Positions 26,081 to 40,914 of a stretch of DNA of 64,000 bases are shown here, in pieces. Position 1 is the stretch's first letter. Each line of letters begins with the position of its first letter. The notes under the pieces are model-generated. The model searched no databases, was not told the DNA's origin, and saw nothing but the letters and a program-made list of their open reading frames with translations. The position numbers were made by a program, and so were the translations under genes. This DNA is from Octopus bimaculoides (lineage: Eukaryota). The DNA is taken from contig NC_068983.1 of NCBI RefSeq assembly GCF_001194135.2, positions 53,094,280 to 53,158,279 on the forward strand. The letters run 5' to 3'.

Positions 26081-26253
26081 TAAGGCAGTGAACTGGCAGA
26101 ATTGTTAGTACACTGGGCAAAATGCTTGGCAGCATTTTGTCCATCTTTAGGTTCTGAGTTCAAATTCCACCAATGCCAACATTGTCTGTCATCCTTTTAG
26201 GATTGACTTACCCCTCACCCAAAACTGCTGGCCTTGTGACAAGATTTGAAACC
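26081..26253 (+). mobile_element. SINE family B
   Basis: AAGGCAGTGAACTGGCAGAA...TTCTGAGTTCAAATTCC...GGCCTTGTG..AA.ATTTGAAACC. Confidence 0.85.
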
Positions 26254-27598
26254 ATTATTTTCAGCAAATAACAGCTTAATTGTTTCTGGTGATGTGGAAA
26301 TTTGCATACTTCATATTATGTATTTTTTTATGTATTTAATCAAAATATGTCTTCCTTTTTAACCTTGGACTGAAAGGTTAATTTTTCTGTTGGTGTTGTT
26401 CTTTTTATACTTTCTTTCATGGGTGTGTGGAGTGGCGTTAAGTCTGTATGGTGAGGTATTTTACTTTTTGTTCCATTAGTGTGTTTACACAAGGTGACTT
26501 ATTGGGTATTAATGCAAACATTCACAATCCATTACTTACATAAAAGTCACACAATTTCAATACACAAAGGCACACAGGTATTCTTCAACTGTTTTGTCAT
26601 TTTCTTTGAGAAGTAATGTCTACTGTTATTCCTTATTATTATTATTAGAACAACTGATTGATGCCTTGCAGTATTTAATGATGATGCTCCTATACACCTT
26701 CTGAGCTCTTTCAAAAGACTTACCAGTAAATTACTTGGTTCAAATTTATCTACAATAATATCACCTCAAATTATTTTTTATTGTTAATATTAGAAATCAT
26801 TATTAGTATCTTTATTTTTACAAACATCAAGAGTTTTCTTTTTTACATCAAAAGAAATCAGGACCAATGTGGAAAAAATATTAATAAAAATGTTGAAGGT
26901 TAATAAACTGGATAATAGTATTTACTGTCACTAATGAAACTCTTTTGAATATTTTTTCTACCTCCATTGATATTTTGGACCAGCAAAATCATTAGTGTTA
27001 GAGAAAATAGACATAATATTTTATGGGATATAGTTACATTCTGAGTCAGCTGAGGTCAGGTATGTCTTCCTAGTTATATGCTGAGGTTGATGTTATCAAC
27101 TAATCTCCATTTCAAATTTTCAGGCCTTGTACCTCTGGCATTTTGAAGGGCATCAAGCCATAGAAATTGTGACAAAGTAGATACTGGAGCTTGACACAGT
27201 CTTCTGGTTTACCAATTCCTATTAAATGCCCAGCCCAAGCTAATGTAGAAAATGGATGTTAAATAATAATGGTGATGATGAGGTGCCTGTATTAAAAAAT
27301 AATTATTATTATATGACTATTTGCATATCTATTCTTAATATGTTCAGGTGGGTTAAATGCAAAATATGCTTTTGTGTACATTGAATGAAAACAATTTCTC
27401 TCTTTTATGACAACAATGTCTTATGAGCACACTGTCATTGCAAGAGGAAGAAGTTGTTTTGAAATAATGTACAACTACAGAAATCAGCATTTTTTGCATC
27501 TGAACCTGAGAAGGGGTATTATGAATATGCAAATAACCATGTAAGCTCACATTACTCAGGACAAATAATGATTTTTAATTATCATTGTTTTAAAGTAG

Positions 27599-27812
27599 TA
27601 AGGTGATGAGCTGATAGAACCATCAGCATACTGAGCAAAATGCTTAACAACATTTTATCTATTTCTATGTTCTGAGTTCAAATTCCAGTGAGGTTGACTT
27701 TATCTTTCATCCATTCTGGGTCAATAAAATAAGTACCTGTTGAGCACTGAGGTCGATGTAGTTAACTTATCTCCTCCCTTGAACTTGCTGGCCTTGTGCT
27801 AAAATTTGAAAC
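27599..27812 (+). mobile_element. SINE family B
   Basis: AAGGTGATGAGCTG...TTCTGAGTTCAAATTCC..GAGGTTGACTTT.CTTTCATCC...AATAAGTACC...AATTTGAAACC. Confidence 0.88.
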
Positions 27813-28243
27813 CATTATTTCACAGAAGTCTTATTTTTATTTTGTGCTTCACTTCACATATTTCTGCACACCTTGAATACATTCAATATGAAGAATCACT
27901 ATTATTATTATTTTGTTACTAATATATAGCATAATTCATATTAAATTTAAATTATTACAAATAGTGATATAATGTTTGTAAATTCAGAAATAATATTTTT
28001 GTCTTTGTATCTTACTTTGCAACACTTTGTTCCTATTTTGTTTCCAATCTATTTTGTTCAGTCTGATGTGTCTTTACCAAAATATTGAAATCTTATGAGT
28101 CTTGGCAATGATTTTCATTTGTATTATAGCCTGATGTTGCAACTTCAGTGCTATCACTTATTTGTTTGTTCCATATATATTCACTTGATAAAAATTATTT
28201 TGTAATATAAGTCATGTTTTAAATATATATTCATATATGTATG

Positions 28244-28340
28244 TTTTTTTTACATTTCAGGTAAGTTTTCTCATTTGGGATAGTACTGAGGCTCTTTGGG
28301 TATTTTACTGATGGATTTTACATTAAATGTAAGGTAGGAA
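28244..28340 (+). promoter_or_regulatory. Juxtaposed 3'/5' splice site (recursive-splicing motif) with a downstream candidate RS exon 28261-28333
   Basis: TTTTTTTTTACATTTCAG|GTAAGT at 28260/28261; downstream donors AAT|GTAAGG (28329) and AAG|GTAGGA (28334). Confidence 0.45.
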
Positions 28341-31300
28341 GAGTATTAATTTAACTTTTTATTCTATGAATTTTGTGGATTTTTTAAAAATTGTAATCAA
28401 CTTGTGTTAATGGTCCATACAAAGAAAATAAATATTTCACAATGAAAATTATTGTTATGCTTTAATACACACTGGAAATAGTTTTGTTTGAGTCAGAAAA
28501 TTGGTGATATTCTAATCATGAAGAAATACTAAAAATTTGTTTCAAGATTTGTGTATTTTATTTGAATATTTTCCTTTTTACTTCAAAATGCATTTTCAAA
28601 AAATGAATTGAATCTTTTGAAAGCAAATAGAAATGAAATGATGTTTTGGGGAATTTATGTATTTTATTTGAATATTTTCCATTTTTTTTTTTTTTTTTCA
28701 AAATACATTTTCTAAAAATGAAATGAAACTTTTCAATGCAAATTTATATAAAATAGGAATGAAATGATATTTTGTGGAGAATGGGAGAGATGATATCATT
28801 GATCCCTGTGTAATACTGATGTGTATTGAGCTAAATAGGGAACCACTGCATGGTACTTGACCTGTTAGGAATCTTAAATCTCACGTTATTATCTTTAGAA
28901 ATAGATGACATATTAAATAATATACTAGTATTTATACATTACTTGAATAAAAGACAGGATGGTCATGCTGACACATAGATCTACTCAGGATTGAATTAGG
29001 ATTAAGCAACAAGAACTTATGCATATTGACTTATCTACTAAGAGCAAAATGTGCATCATGATAGTATTTAATAAAGTTTGAACCATGGCCAAGGCAATAT
29101 GATGTAAGCCAATGGTTCAGTGCTTCTTTATTCTTAAAGACTTGTGTACTTTTCCAAGTTCAGGGCTTACAAATTTTACTTGTTCACTTCTTCTTAGTTG
29201 TAGAATAGGTACTGTTGTTGGAAGCAGCATGAATATTGTATAACTGCCAAGTGTTTTGTGAGCTCTTAGTTTTGGCTTCAAGTAATTCTAAGGCCAAAGC
29301 TACTGTAGACTAGTGTTTTTGTCTTGGGCGACAATATCGTTCAACCATAGATATTGTAAGAAGCAAATACCAGTACACTATCAGTAGTTGATAGAAACAA
29401 TCTTAGTAAGGCTCAAAACTCAACACCATAGATCTCTTTATCTGACTTGCTACAATTTCCACTCAGGTTTACAGTTGTTCCTTGTTTTATACCTGATAGT
29501 GAGGAAAATACTGTATTTCTTACTTTAAAACAGTTATATTTCAATCAAGCACATATTAAAGAAGACTATTTTATTATTAACTGTAACAATTAATATTATA
29601 TATAAGGAGAGCTCGGAGAAAATTCTTGCTCATTCGACCTTATACAGTCTTGATCAATTTACACAAGAAACAAACAAATAAACTAATTGAAGAAGTAATA
29701 GGCTGTAATCTTTTTGGAACTAACTGACCTTTCACTAAATGTATTGAGAACTAAATAATGTAATTTGTAGAGATTGCCAAAACTTACAGAACACCTCTCA
29801 CCTCAGAGATATTGCGTACAATAGAAAAGTGCAATTCATTATATAGAGATGCTAAATGAAGAAGAAAATAAAATTAAATCCTGTGACTAATATTAGGAAA
29901 AAAGACACAGTTGGAAAACTAGAAATTTCGATTGGATTTCCGAAATAAAAAGAGTAAATAGAAAATTGGTCATTGAGACATTTGTTAGTTCTCACTTGCA
30001 GATTTTTCCTATATTCCACTAGAATAATCTTATTTTAGTCAAGTATACATGGTTGTTATTAAAAGAGAACCAGAGGAAAATCAACAAAATACATTTTCAA
30101 GGAATATAAGAAATTTATGAGAAACAAATAATCCAAAAAAGAACTAGTTTTTGGTTGTGTATTACTAATAATAAATATATAATACAGGAGATATAACGTG
30201 TTAAGGAAAATAATGTCAGATAAGAAAAGCTATTACTTCATTGCTTTCAAGCAAAAACATTATATGTTTCTTGCTGTAAAAACAAGTTTCCGCAATATAG
30301 TTAAAAAGAGAAGTGAGAAGTCCTGTACAAGCAATATTGTTATCTTCGTGACAAATTACTGTTGATAAAAGGAATATTGTAAAAGCAGCATCCTCTGCAG
30401 CATTGATTTTGTGATGAACAATATTTAAAAAAGCAATCAACCAAGTGAGCAGACACTTAGAAATGGGATTTGAAAAGTGTTTTACATGTATTTCAGACAA
30501 ACTGAACTGTCATTTAGAATTGCACCTTAAAAGAAAGAGAAAAAAATCCTCTTTGGCAGCAATATTTTTCTTTTGGTTTCACATCCAGCCTTTCAAGCAA
30601 TACACATGAATACATGAATACATATACAATGTAGGTATGAGTGTGGGTATATATCTGTATGTATAATGTCTGTGTGTATGTATGTATGTGTGTGTGTATG
30701 TATATATGTGTGCATGCGAGTGTGTTAGTGTGGATGGGTGGGTGTATATGTGGAACAGCTTAATATTTGAACATCTATTATTAAAAACCTATTATACTTT
30801 TTCCCCTTTTCCACTAAGGATATTGTATATTTTCTCATTAGTCCCTCACAGTTTATGAATGAGTAGCTAAGATTTTCTACATAAATTGATACCAGATGTT
30901 AAAAGCATCAATTTTAAGTAGAAAAGAAAAACGGAATAATAAATCCTATCTGTGGGCTTATTTCTTCTCTGTTCTGTCTCAAACTGGGGGCCTTCAAATT
31001 TTCATTTCATTAACATTTTCAAACTCTATCATCTCATCTTCAGTTGGCAGTGGTATCTTCTACCATCAGTTCATTTAAGTTATAAACCATGAGACTCATA
31101 TGATACAACTGATGCCAATAACTTCTTGTTATCAACTCCCATTCCTCTGTAAGAGCCAGGGAATGGCACATATTTGCCTCTTGGACATGCTATCCATTCA
31201 AAAATTTCTTGGCTGTGTCACAGTATCAACATGGTTTCTGCAAATGTTCTAGTTTAGAGTAATTCTACTGAAGCTGGACATACTGTTGATTTATGTTACC

Positions 31301-32415
31301 CAGTTAAGCTGTACCCAATGTCACGCAAGGCATTGCAATGATCCCCAATCATAAATATATGGCAAAACAGCTAGAAAGTGCTACACTTACAAGGCCAATA
31401 TAATTGTTAGTTATGGAACCTATAACCTTCATGCATGCATGCAAACAAGAAGATATTGGTCATCTACATTCCTTTAAGTAGACTTCTCACCTGTTCTTGA
31501 TTACTGATGAGAACTCCATCACTGGTGGACCTCTGACACATTACCCATGTTGGTTTATAATTCAGTGTAATATATAATATTTTTATGTTCACTGATTTAT
31601 ACAATACTTTATTTCATATGTGTTCTATTTGTTTGAGGTAGAGCAACTGATGCATTTCATATCTGTTCCTTCTCCATTTGTGACCCATGAGTTTCTCAAA
31701 ATATCTTGCATCAACTTGTTCCTGTTCCTGTCTTATTGTAACACACATAGATATATAATTCTTTAATTGAACATGTCTTTATAAAGTTATCAGCTTAGTG
31801 ATTCATTGTTATTTAGATGTGTTTTGATGAAAAAGAGGTATATTAATTTCAAGTGAAGAAAACAATGATTCTGTATCAGCAGTGGAAAAAAAGAAAAGAA
31901 AAAATCCCTCAAAAATTATTTGCCAAGAGATGGTTATTTCATTTTCATGACTCATTTCCCAAACCATAATTCCTTTTCTACAAGGATAAAAGTCTAAATA
32001 TGTGTGGCAAAAAGAGAGATTAGCGTCGTTTGGGAAATTCTGAAAAACTGTAAACTATACTGGAAATAATAAAAGTGTTGTCAACTGTGTACAGCTGAGA
32101 TTTACTATATCTTAACTAATTCAGCTAATTATTTAAACAAGAGGCCTGAAATTTCTTCAAAATATCTTCAGTAAAAGAAATTCTATCTAGCTAACAATCA
32201 TTGTTCCTGATTGAGTTACTGATCTTAAACAATAAAACCATTGGGAAGGTTTATGGCAAACTGGTTATTTATAATCTGGTTTCCCAGAAATTCTGCGCTA
32301 CCACTTTGCATCAGAGAATTCTCTATTCATGTACAGTTCTATAAGTGTCACCTTGTTGCCACTTGAAATTTAAAGACAGTTAATCATATCTATATTTCAT
32401 ATTATATAGTTATGT

Positions 32416-32453
<38 letters not shown>

Positions 32454-32879
32454 GAGAGAAAGAGAGGGAGGGAGGGACATTTGTATATACATAGACACAC
32501 ACAACTATATCAAAATAAAAGAACCATTTCCATTTGATAAATTGATTTGTTGATGTACCATTAGACTTAAAAGCATAAAGTCCAATCAGAAGTTTACAAA
32601 CCTTCACCCTGTGTTACTAAATGCTGATGATAAAATCACATCATTTGAAAAATTCTTTGCTGAGATGTCATCTGAAAATGGTCTATTTGTTGAGAAACTT
32701 AAATAGATGGAATACTATTCATTTTTAGTATTATATAATAGTAAGTTACTATGTTCATTTTATGGTATTACTTTGTTCATAATACAGAGTACAACTACCA
32801 TATAACATGCATCCATGTACTATTAATCAATATATATATATATGTGAGTATCTATATTGTTGGCAGAAGCCTCTATCCT

Positions 32880-33300
32880 TCTAAGAAGATGATAGAAATT
32901 CCAAGTGTGGTTGCTGTTCTTAGCCACCAAGGATGAAGATGGTATTGTTGCAAGAAGGTGATGTCATCTACTTTTGTACTTCAAGCTGATATTGATTATA
33001 CTCCATATCATGCATCTGGGATGATCAGTTTGTTGCTATTTCTTCCCATTGTCCTTTTTAGATGTTTGCTGTATGGCAGTCATTTTTATGCATGTGCTCT
33101 ATATCTTATGTAGAGACTGCTTGTTGGACTTGATCAACATTTGATCTGACTACATGGCAGATTTGTAAGCATGTGATTTTTACTCATGCAGTGCACTTGA
33201 CCAAATAATTCTGGACAAAGTTCACTATTCTGCTAAGAACATCTGAGTTGGTGACCTTGTTTTTCAATTTTGGTGCTCCCACATTTTTCAAAAGACATGG
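32880..33300 (-). mobile_element. Degraded RTE-like ORF2 C-terminal remnant
   Basis: Weak similarity to the LRW.GHV.RM region. Not confidently translatable. Confidence 0.25.
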
Positions 33301-33499
33301 GGAAGCAATTCTGTTTTCTCTCTTATATGACATGTTATATGTATTGTGTAGGAGGGTGGTGAATAGGCATTGGATAACTTGGTGGTCAGCATAAGGTTTA
33401 TGTTTCTCCAGACTTTATGAAATTAGTCATCATTATTAGTTTGTACATTAACCTCTGTACTCTCTCTCTCACTCACTCTCTTTCTTTTTCTCTCTAGCG

Positions 33500-33792
33500 T
33501 GTGTGTGTGTATGTTTGTGTGTGCTTGCATGTATGTATGTCGGGAGGAATTGTGTCTCCTTGTCTTTACATCACCCAATATTTGTTAGCAACTGTCACTG
33601 TCATACAAGCAGGATCCTTCATTTCCAATTTTCTGTGTAAACATGTCTGGCCATGATGAAATATTTCTTAGCTTGGCAAAAAAGCAAGGGTTGGTGACAG
33701 AAAAAACATTCTGCTGTTGAAAATCTGCTTCAATAAAATCATCTGACTCAAGCGAACATATCAGAGTGGGTGTAAAAACAGTGATGATGATG
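33500..33792 (+). mobile_element. SINE tail-2 module (RTE-like tail) after a (TG)n tract
   Basis: GTCTCCTTGTCTT.ACATCAC...AAACATGTCTGGCCATG..GAAATAT...GGGTTGGTGACAG...GATGATGATG matches 60370-60660 and the reverse complement of 21225-21470. Confidence 0.7.
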
Positions 33793-33794
33793 CA

Positions 33795-33980
33795 TGTATA
33801 TCATATATGTGTGTGTATTATATATGTGTATGTGCATTAAATTCATGTATGCATATATGTTTATATACACATGTATATAAATGTGTGTGTACATATGCAT
33901 GCATATGTATATGTTTGTATAAATGTGTGTGTGTGTGTATGCATGTGTATATGTGTATCTGTGAGTGTGTACCTATATAG
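33795..33980 (+). repeat. Degenerate (TA/TG/TATG)n low-complexity tract
   Basis: Direct reading. Confidence 0.85.
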
Positions 33981-34751
33981 GTTTAAAATATAAAGTTCAC
34001 TTGTCTTTTTTGAAAGCTTCTCTTTGAAGCATTATCTTTTTCTCTTTCAATCTATGTTAAAATCATCTTGTATTGGCTTGCCTCTGCAGCTGCCTTTATT
34101 TTCAATGTAGTTTTACTCAAAACCATTTTCGCTGAATCTGAATGTAAATATTGCGGTGATGAAGATGTAAGCCAATAGACTAGATTTCTATATCCAAACA
34201 GCATCTAAGATCTCAATAATTCACTGGCAGTGTAACAAATTTTGCAATGGAATGCTGCAGGATTGCATGTAGTTTGAGAGAGATGGAATCTAGTTGAATG
34301 GATCACTGAAGATTGTATGTTAGTTTCTTTCATTTGAACAGATGAAAGTTAGTGATTGATGGCGCCTGTATGGCTAACAATTTCATATAGAATGATGCAT
34401 TTCTTTGAAGATTGTTCATATTATTTGGTTTAAAATCTAAGTAGAGAATTTAAATACTGTTGACAAGTAATGAAAATGTAAGTACAGTAGATGGTTTGAA
34501 ATTGAAAGAAAACAGAGTTAGTGATGTACTATCTTGTCTTAATTTATTTTCATGTATGATTGGATGTTATCAATCTTGTTGAGGGTAGCTGTTGTGATGA
34601 TTAGTTATAAGTATTTCTTTGATAATTTTATAGCGGGTAATTTTTTCAATAATTTATCATAATTTTAGAAATTTTTAAAATAAGATTTTTTTGTTTGAAT
34701 TTTATTACATAATATCTTTTCTGCTGATTTTTAATTTTGTTTGAGTTCATA

Positions 34752-34958
34752 TAGGTTTCAAATTTTAGCACCAGGCTCGTGATTTAATGGGGAGGGGTTA
34801 AGTCAATTACATCAACCCCCAGTGCTCAACTGATACTTATTTTATCGACCCCAAAAATATGAAAGACAAAGTTGACCTTGGCAGAATTTGAACTCAATGT
34901 AAATACGGACAAACTGCTACTAAGCATTTTGCCTGGCATGCTAACTTTTCTGTCAGGT
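34752..34958 (-). mobile_element. SINE family B
   Basis: GGTTTCAAATTTT...TTTATCGACCCC...GGCAGAATTTGAACTCA is the reverse complement of family B. Confidence 0.88.
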
Positions 34959-37900
34959 CACTGCTTTTGTATTCATATCAAATGCACACTCTGTGCTATC
35001 TCTATAGTTTCATTATAAAAAAGTGAAAACAATATGCATTTTTTAAATATATATTTCTATATCGACAAAGTTATTAGAAATAAAAATATATTCAGAACAT
35101 TCAGGATTTATTAAAATATCTGCATGTATTTTACTGGCTGCACACACTGGTTTTCAATAGAAAATTTAATCAGTTGCATATGCCTCTTTGTAGTAGTTAG
35201 TTGTTTGCTATATATTATTTCAGATTGTTCTCTGTAGGAGTAGATTAAGGGGTAAAGTGAATTTAAATTCTATTCTGATTGAGTTTAAGGGAGAATATTT
35301 AAATTGTTTTACATAACTTTTTATGTGTATTACCCTCCCAAGTCTGTTTCAAAATATGGGTTCACATCAATAATCTTGTAAAGCAAATACAAAAGCAAAG
35401 TATTCACAAATATTTCTATTATCATTTCTGTTCATTGACATATATTTAATTTGTTTATTATGATTTGGAAGGAAGTAAAATGCCTGTAGTTATTCTATTT
35501 TACCATTTTCTGAGTTAACATACGTTTAGGACAATAAATCAGGTACCAGTAATATACAAGGATCATGTCAATCAACTATGCTCCTTTTCTACAAATCTAA
35601 TGTAAAAATTCTATATTTATTATTCATTGGATTTTTTTTTATTGATAACTAGCTACTGGCATTAAATTTGGATGGAGCAGTTTTTATTGAACTCTCATTC
35701 CATTCCTACTTTTGTATTTCTCAACATTAACAAGACAGTTTATGTGACATGAAATCAAATATTATGGCAAATAATTTTTGATATTCAAGATCTATATAGA
35801 GTTATATATAAACAACTATTTTTTTTTTTTTTTACATTTTATTCACATGTAAACAAGAGAAAAAGAAACGCATATCTTATCAATAACTCTATATACATTT
35901 TCTTGTTAGTCTTTTAGTATTCAATATTAACCATTTGACAACCTGGAATACTTATTGGCTCTAATCCAAGTGTTCCTACTTTAAACAAATCTGAAGTTAT
36001 TCTTTAAATCTATATACTTTCAAAATAGTTGTGTGGTTTGAATTTTCAGACAGATTATTAACTGAGGTATATTTAAACATTGGCAGCAAGGTATTTTATG
36101 GTGGTGCTTAAGATGTTTGAGAGCAGTTTTAGAATATTTTCAATTATTGTGTCCCTTTTTTTACTTGGCTAATAGTCAAAATTTAGTTGATTTATTATCA
36201 TAAGATTATTTTTTAGTGTACATAAATACATATAACAATTTTCATTTTGACATCCTAAATGGAATGGAATTTACGTTTTTTTTTTTTTTTGTTGAATTTC
36301 ATTCTTAATTCACAAAATTTCAGCTCTTCACAAATATAAGCAGACAAACTCAACTCTTAATTTAGAGAATTTTCTAGTTGTTAGAAAATATATGTATATT
36401 GAAAGAATTAAATAATAAACAAATATTATCTCATAGCCAATTTCAATTTTCTCTCCAAGAATTTACTACTATATTTGTACTATTGGCTTAATAATGCACT
36501 AAGTTTTTAACTTTCCTAGCAGTTTGGAATTTTGAAATAATTTTGCCCATGAGTATAATGTAGTGGACAAAGTTATCTAAATCATTTCTGATTATATCTT
36601 GCATCAACTAAGTACTGTTCTTTGCTTACAAACTAACAACGATATATGATGGAAAAAGTCAATATTAGCTGTTAATTTTTCATCATTACACACAATTAAA
36701 CTGGATAAGCTCCTTTGCTTACAGATTAAATGCAACCTTATGATTCAGATTAACTATTCCTCTGTGCCATATGTTCCATTTTAACGAAGTTCTTTCAAAT
36801 CCATCTTTATTTCAGCTGTCTTCCTGTGATAATTTATTTTCTTCATACACATCCACTGTCTTATCTTATTGTAGTATACTGTTTCTATATTTCATTGATC
36901 TAATTTTAAATAGTTATTATTTAGACTGTAAGTGGGCAGTGGAGTATATTGTTCACAGACCTTCATAGTTTGGATCAAAGTGTGGGTAACCATTTTCAAG
37001 AAGCAGACCACATGAGACATAGCATATCATCAGGCAGGCCACACTACTAATAGATATTTAAGGTAATATTTCATTTAGGTATGCCATTCAGAAAGTACTA
37101 CTGGCTATAGTTTGTCTATAACTGGCTTAAGTAATTAAATCAGGCTGTTTAAACTGATGGAGGTTGTGTTGAGAACAGGAATGGGGAAGGAAAGGGTTTT
37201 TGAGGAGCCTGTACTTGATATTAAGAAAAACAGTTTTAGCTAAATGATCAGGAAGCAAGATTTAGTTATTGTTGTTCTTTAGTCTTTTGTCCTCAGTTGA
37301 CGAGGTTTAGAAATTGTATTTCAAGTCTTCTGCTGATTCTACAGCATATATCATAGTTGAACAAAATACTTGTCTCCAGCTGAAAATTTATTGAATCAAA
37401 ATAGAGAATTTTTGAAAATTAAAATTTATATTTTTATTGTCATTGAAACCAAAACATTTATCATTTTAAGTATATTTTCACATAGTTCCTCAGATTTTTC
37501 TGAATATTGTATGCAAACTTTTCTAATTAGACAATATAAAAAAAATTTATGCTTCAGATTTATCGTAAATAAGATCATATTTATATTGGTCTCTCTTTAT
37601 AATAAAATATATAGAAATAAATCTGATATCTATTGAACATTAAAGTGAACATGAGTAAAAGTGAATGCGAATGGAAGTGAAATAAATGGTGCAGTTTCAA
37701 AATAAATTGTCTGAGTACATTGCATGAAGCATCAGTACATATATTGAAAATGAAGAGAAATAATAAATATTTCAGAAAAGGTTAGGAACTTAGATCACTT
37801 CTTATGCTCTAGGGAAAGGGGAATCTGATGTTTTGAGAGTTGACCCTTTGTCTTAGGAAATAAATATGTTTTATGTTGTGATATTAATCACAAATGAGTC

Positions 37901-39049
37901 ATTTCAGAAATGATTATTGAAACAGTCATTTGCCGAGTATGGCAACAATAAGTAAAAACTCTTCTGCCTACAAAAACATGCTTCACATATAACATACTGA
38001 TCTTTACTAAAATTTGCTTCTGCAGCCATGTGCAGTTTCCTAGTCATTGTCTCTGTCTTAATATCATTCCATGTGGTTTCCAACTTACATTCCATCCCTC
38101 AATGATTTCTAATTATAATAATTCTAGTTATGTTTACCTCTCAAAACTTATATTTGCTAATTACTTTCTCAAATCTGTCGCATAATTGTTGCTAACACAA
38201 GATGTCACCTGATTCTTTGAACTTCAGTTTTGATTCACCTGCCTGATAGTAGAGGATGTTCCTTGTTCAAATAGTATTTTTTATTAACGAAAGTGTGTAC
38301 AATCAAATAAATTCTCTCTTTACAAAAATACTAATTATGAACGCCTTCATAAAGGTCATTATTAATTACAATTAAAGATTCTATATTTTCTTATTACAAC
38401 TTCAAATACATGGCATATAATGAAAATTCTTAATGGATACATTTCTTATTTCAAGTTTCATTATAGAAAAAACATACCTCATATTTTGAAAGTAATATCT
38501 ATTACCAATAACAGGGAGAACATTTCAATTGATTGACTATTTCATTCCTGAAATTAGATACTGTTTATTCAAATTGATGTTTTAGAAGACTTTTAGCTAT
38601 ATTTTCATTTTGTTATATTCATCATTTCTCAGTCTTCTGGTATTGAATTCCAATTCATTATTAGTTGTATACATATGTGAATATATGTATAATACTTTGT
38701 ATTTTTTCCACAATGTTCCATTCATAATTTTAGTTTTTTGCTCTTGTCTGTGTTATTCCTATTTTAACTTTATTCATTTCATTTTATAACAATTTCCATT
38801 AAATAAATTTGTACTTATATGTTATATGAATGTCTGATATCATTTACATGTATTTTTAGGCTTTGTCAAAGAAAAATGTTTGAAGAATTTATTATAAATG
38901 TTTTAAAGCACATGCAAAACATATAACCAAGATAACAGACATGCCTTAATATTCTGATATAAATTATTAATCTATGTATGAATGAAAGCCCAACTTAATT
39001 TTAATTATTTGTAAGTGTTCTGTCTTTCACAGTTCAGCAAAACATTACA

Positions 39050-39900
39050 CCATATCTTGCATGAGAATTGCTTGGTTAAGTTACTTGCCTTATGAGCTTC
39101 ATCTGTTTCTTGTCTTCCTACTTAATCATTGCATCCTTTCAGTGCTCACTGATAGAGTTCAATGTAACACATTCCATCAAGTCTAGTGTGTCTATAATTT
39201 GATTATGTTTCTCAAATTCTCCTTCGTGTGTATTAAGTGCTTAAATGCTATAATCTTTACCAACAATCATTCCTATGCAGATGGCACTCTTCTCCACCCC
39301 CAACATTTTGCTCACAGTTCTCATCATCAATGTATCATCAAGATACCTCAAGTCAAAACTATATTGCCCCCATAAATAGGGACCTTGAAACATAATTCTA
39401 TTGAGCAGGTCAGTCTTTCAAATGCACATATACATAATCACTGCTCATATCAAAATAATCTCATGCCTCTTTCACTCAAACCTTTCTCAACACACTATTA
39501 AAATCCTCAGAGGTGCTACATATACTATCCACGCACTCTCTAATGACACAGAAACTGCTGGTTTAGAATTATGAGGTAATACTTTGACTGAATATTTATT
39601 GAGAATCTATGAATCTCAATTGAGATCCACAATGGAATACTACTCCCACATCTACTATACACATGAACATCATTGAACGCTTTTAAAAGAAAGCAATTTG
39701 GTTGACTAGCAGTTGCTCACTCACCAACATATTTCAAGCTTCTTTAGAATTAGCTTTAAACCACCTCCACTCAAACTCCCACTTTCCCTTCGGCCTTAGT
39801 AAGTGGCCCTGTCTTTGTAGGTTCTACACTAACTGCTATGTCTAATCCCTCTTCCCTTGAATGTTAACCTATTGGAAATCCTTTCTTGCCTATGTTTTTT
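39050..39900 (-). mobile_element. Degraded RTE/BovB-like RT fragment
   Basis: 39328-39354 (minus) translates DLRYLDDTL, compared with BovB-type NLRYADDTTL. Confidence 0.5.
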
Positions 39901-40914
39901 TTTTTACTGTTGTTGATTTGCAGATGATTACTTTAAACATCAATCACCTCAATCTCATCAGTTTCAGAAGATTGATCAAATCAAAGATTCAGTCCCTTCT
40001 TTTTGGTTAAACCATAAAAATGATATCAAATTAGTCAAAATTTTATTTGTTTGTTCATATACAAATATAATATTTATGTCTCTTAAAGAAATCCACTTTA
40101 CAATAGGATTTGCTGGTGGGTTTTATTTGAGAAAACATGTCAGAAACATTTTTTCTTTTTTTCATATTTTGCTTAGAGCTTTCAAAAAGCACTCTACTAA
40201 CACCTTATACATATTTCTAAGATACTTTTATATATATAAGTTTGTTTATTTCATGGATTTTCATTTTGTGTTTCCTACTGACACATGTATTATATTTGAC
40301 ATTTGTAGGGATAGTATTTGATGTTATTTTGATCATAATCTACAGGCATTAAGTTACCTTGTTACAAAATCAATTAAAACCAATGATTTCATTCTTACTA
40401 AAAATACCTATACAGCATCATAATCATCCTAATTCTTTTATGATTTGAATTTAAAGCTTTTAGTCATACACACATGTGCATGCACACACACTTGACCATG
40501 CACATGCATAAACATACATGCACACCAATGATACTAACTAACATTAAGGTTTAAATTTAGATCAAATTTATTGATTATGGTTTGGGATCAATTGCTTTCA
40601 TTTAAACATGTCCTTTTTGACAGTTAATAATTACATAAGGTTGCCTTTCATACAATATAACCCAGCTTTCAATACAATAATCACATTGAAGATGCTAATG
40701 AAACTATAGAAACTCAGACTTCTCAATTCCACCTGGAAATACCATCCACATTTCTTAACAAATAGACACAACTAATTAGGATGTGAATGTGTATACTCCT
40801 ATCTAAAAGCAGACGTGTGTCTCATAGCTGTATTCTTCATATATTGCTCTATTCCTGTATATGTGAGTATATTTACATATATATATATATACACACACAC
40901 ACACATATATATCA

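Noticed and set aside
30216-30500. 94-aa minus-strand ORF
   Set aside because: No motif or splice support; such a length is expected by chance.
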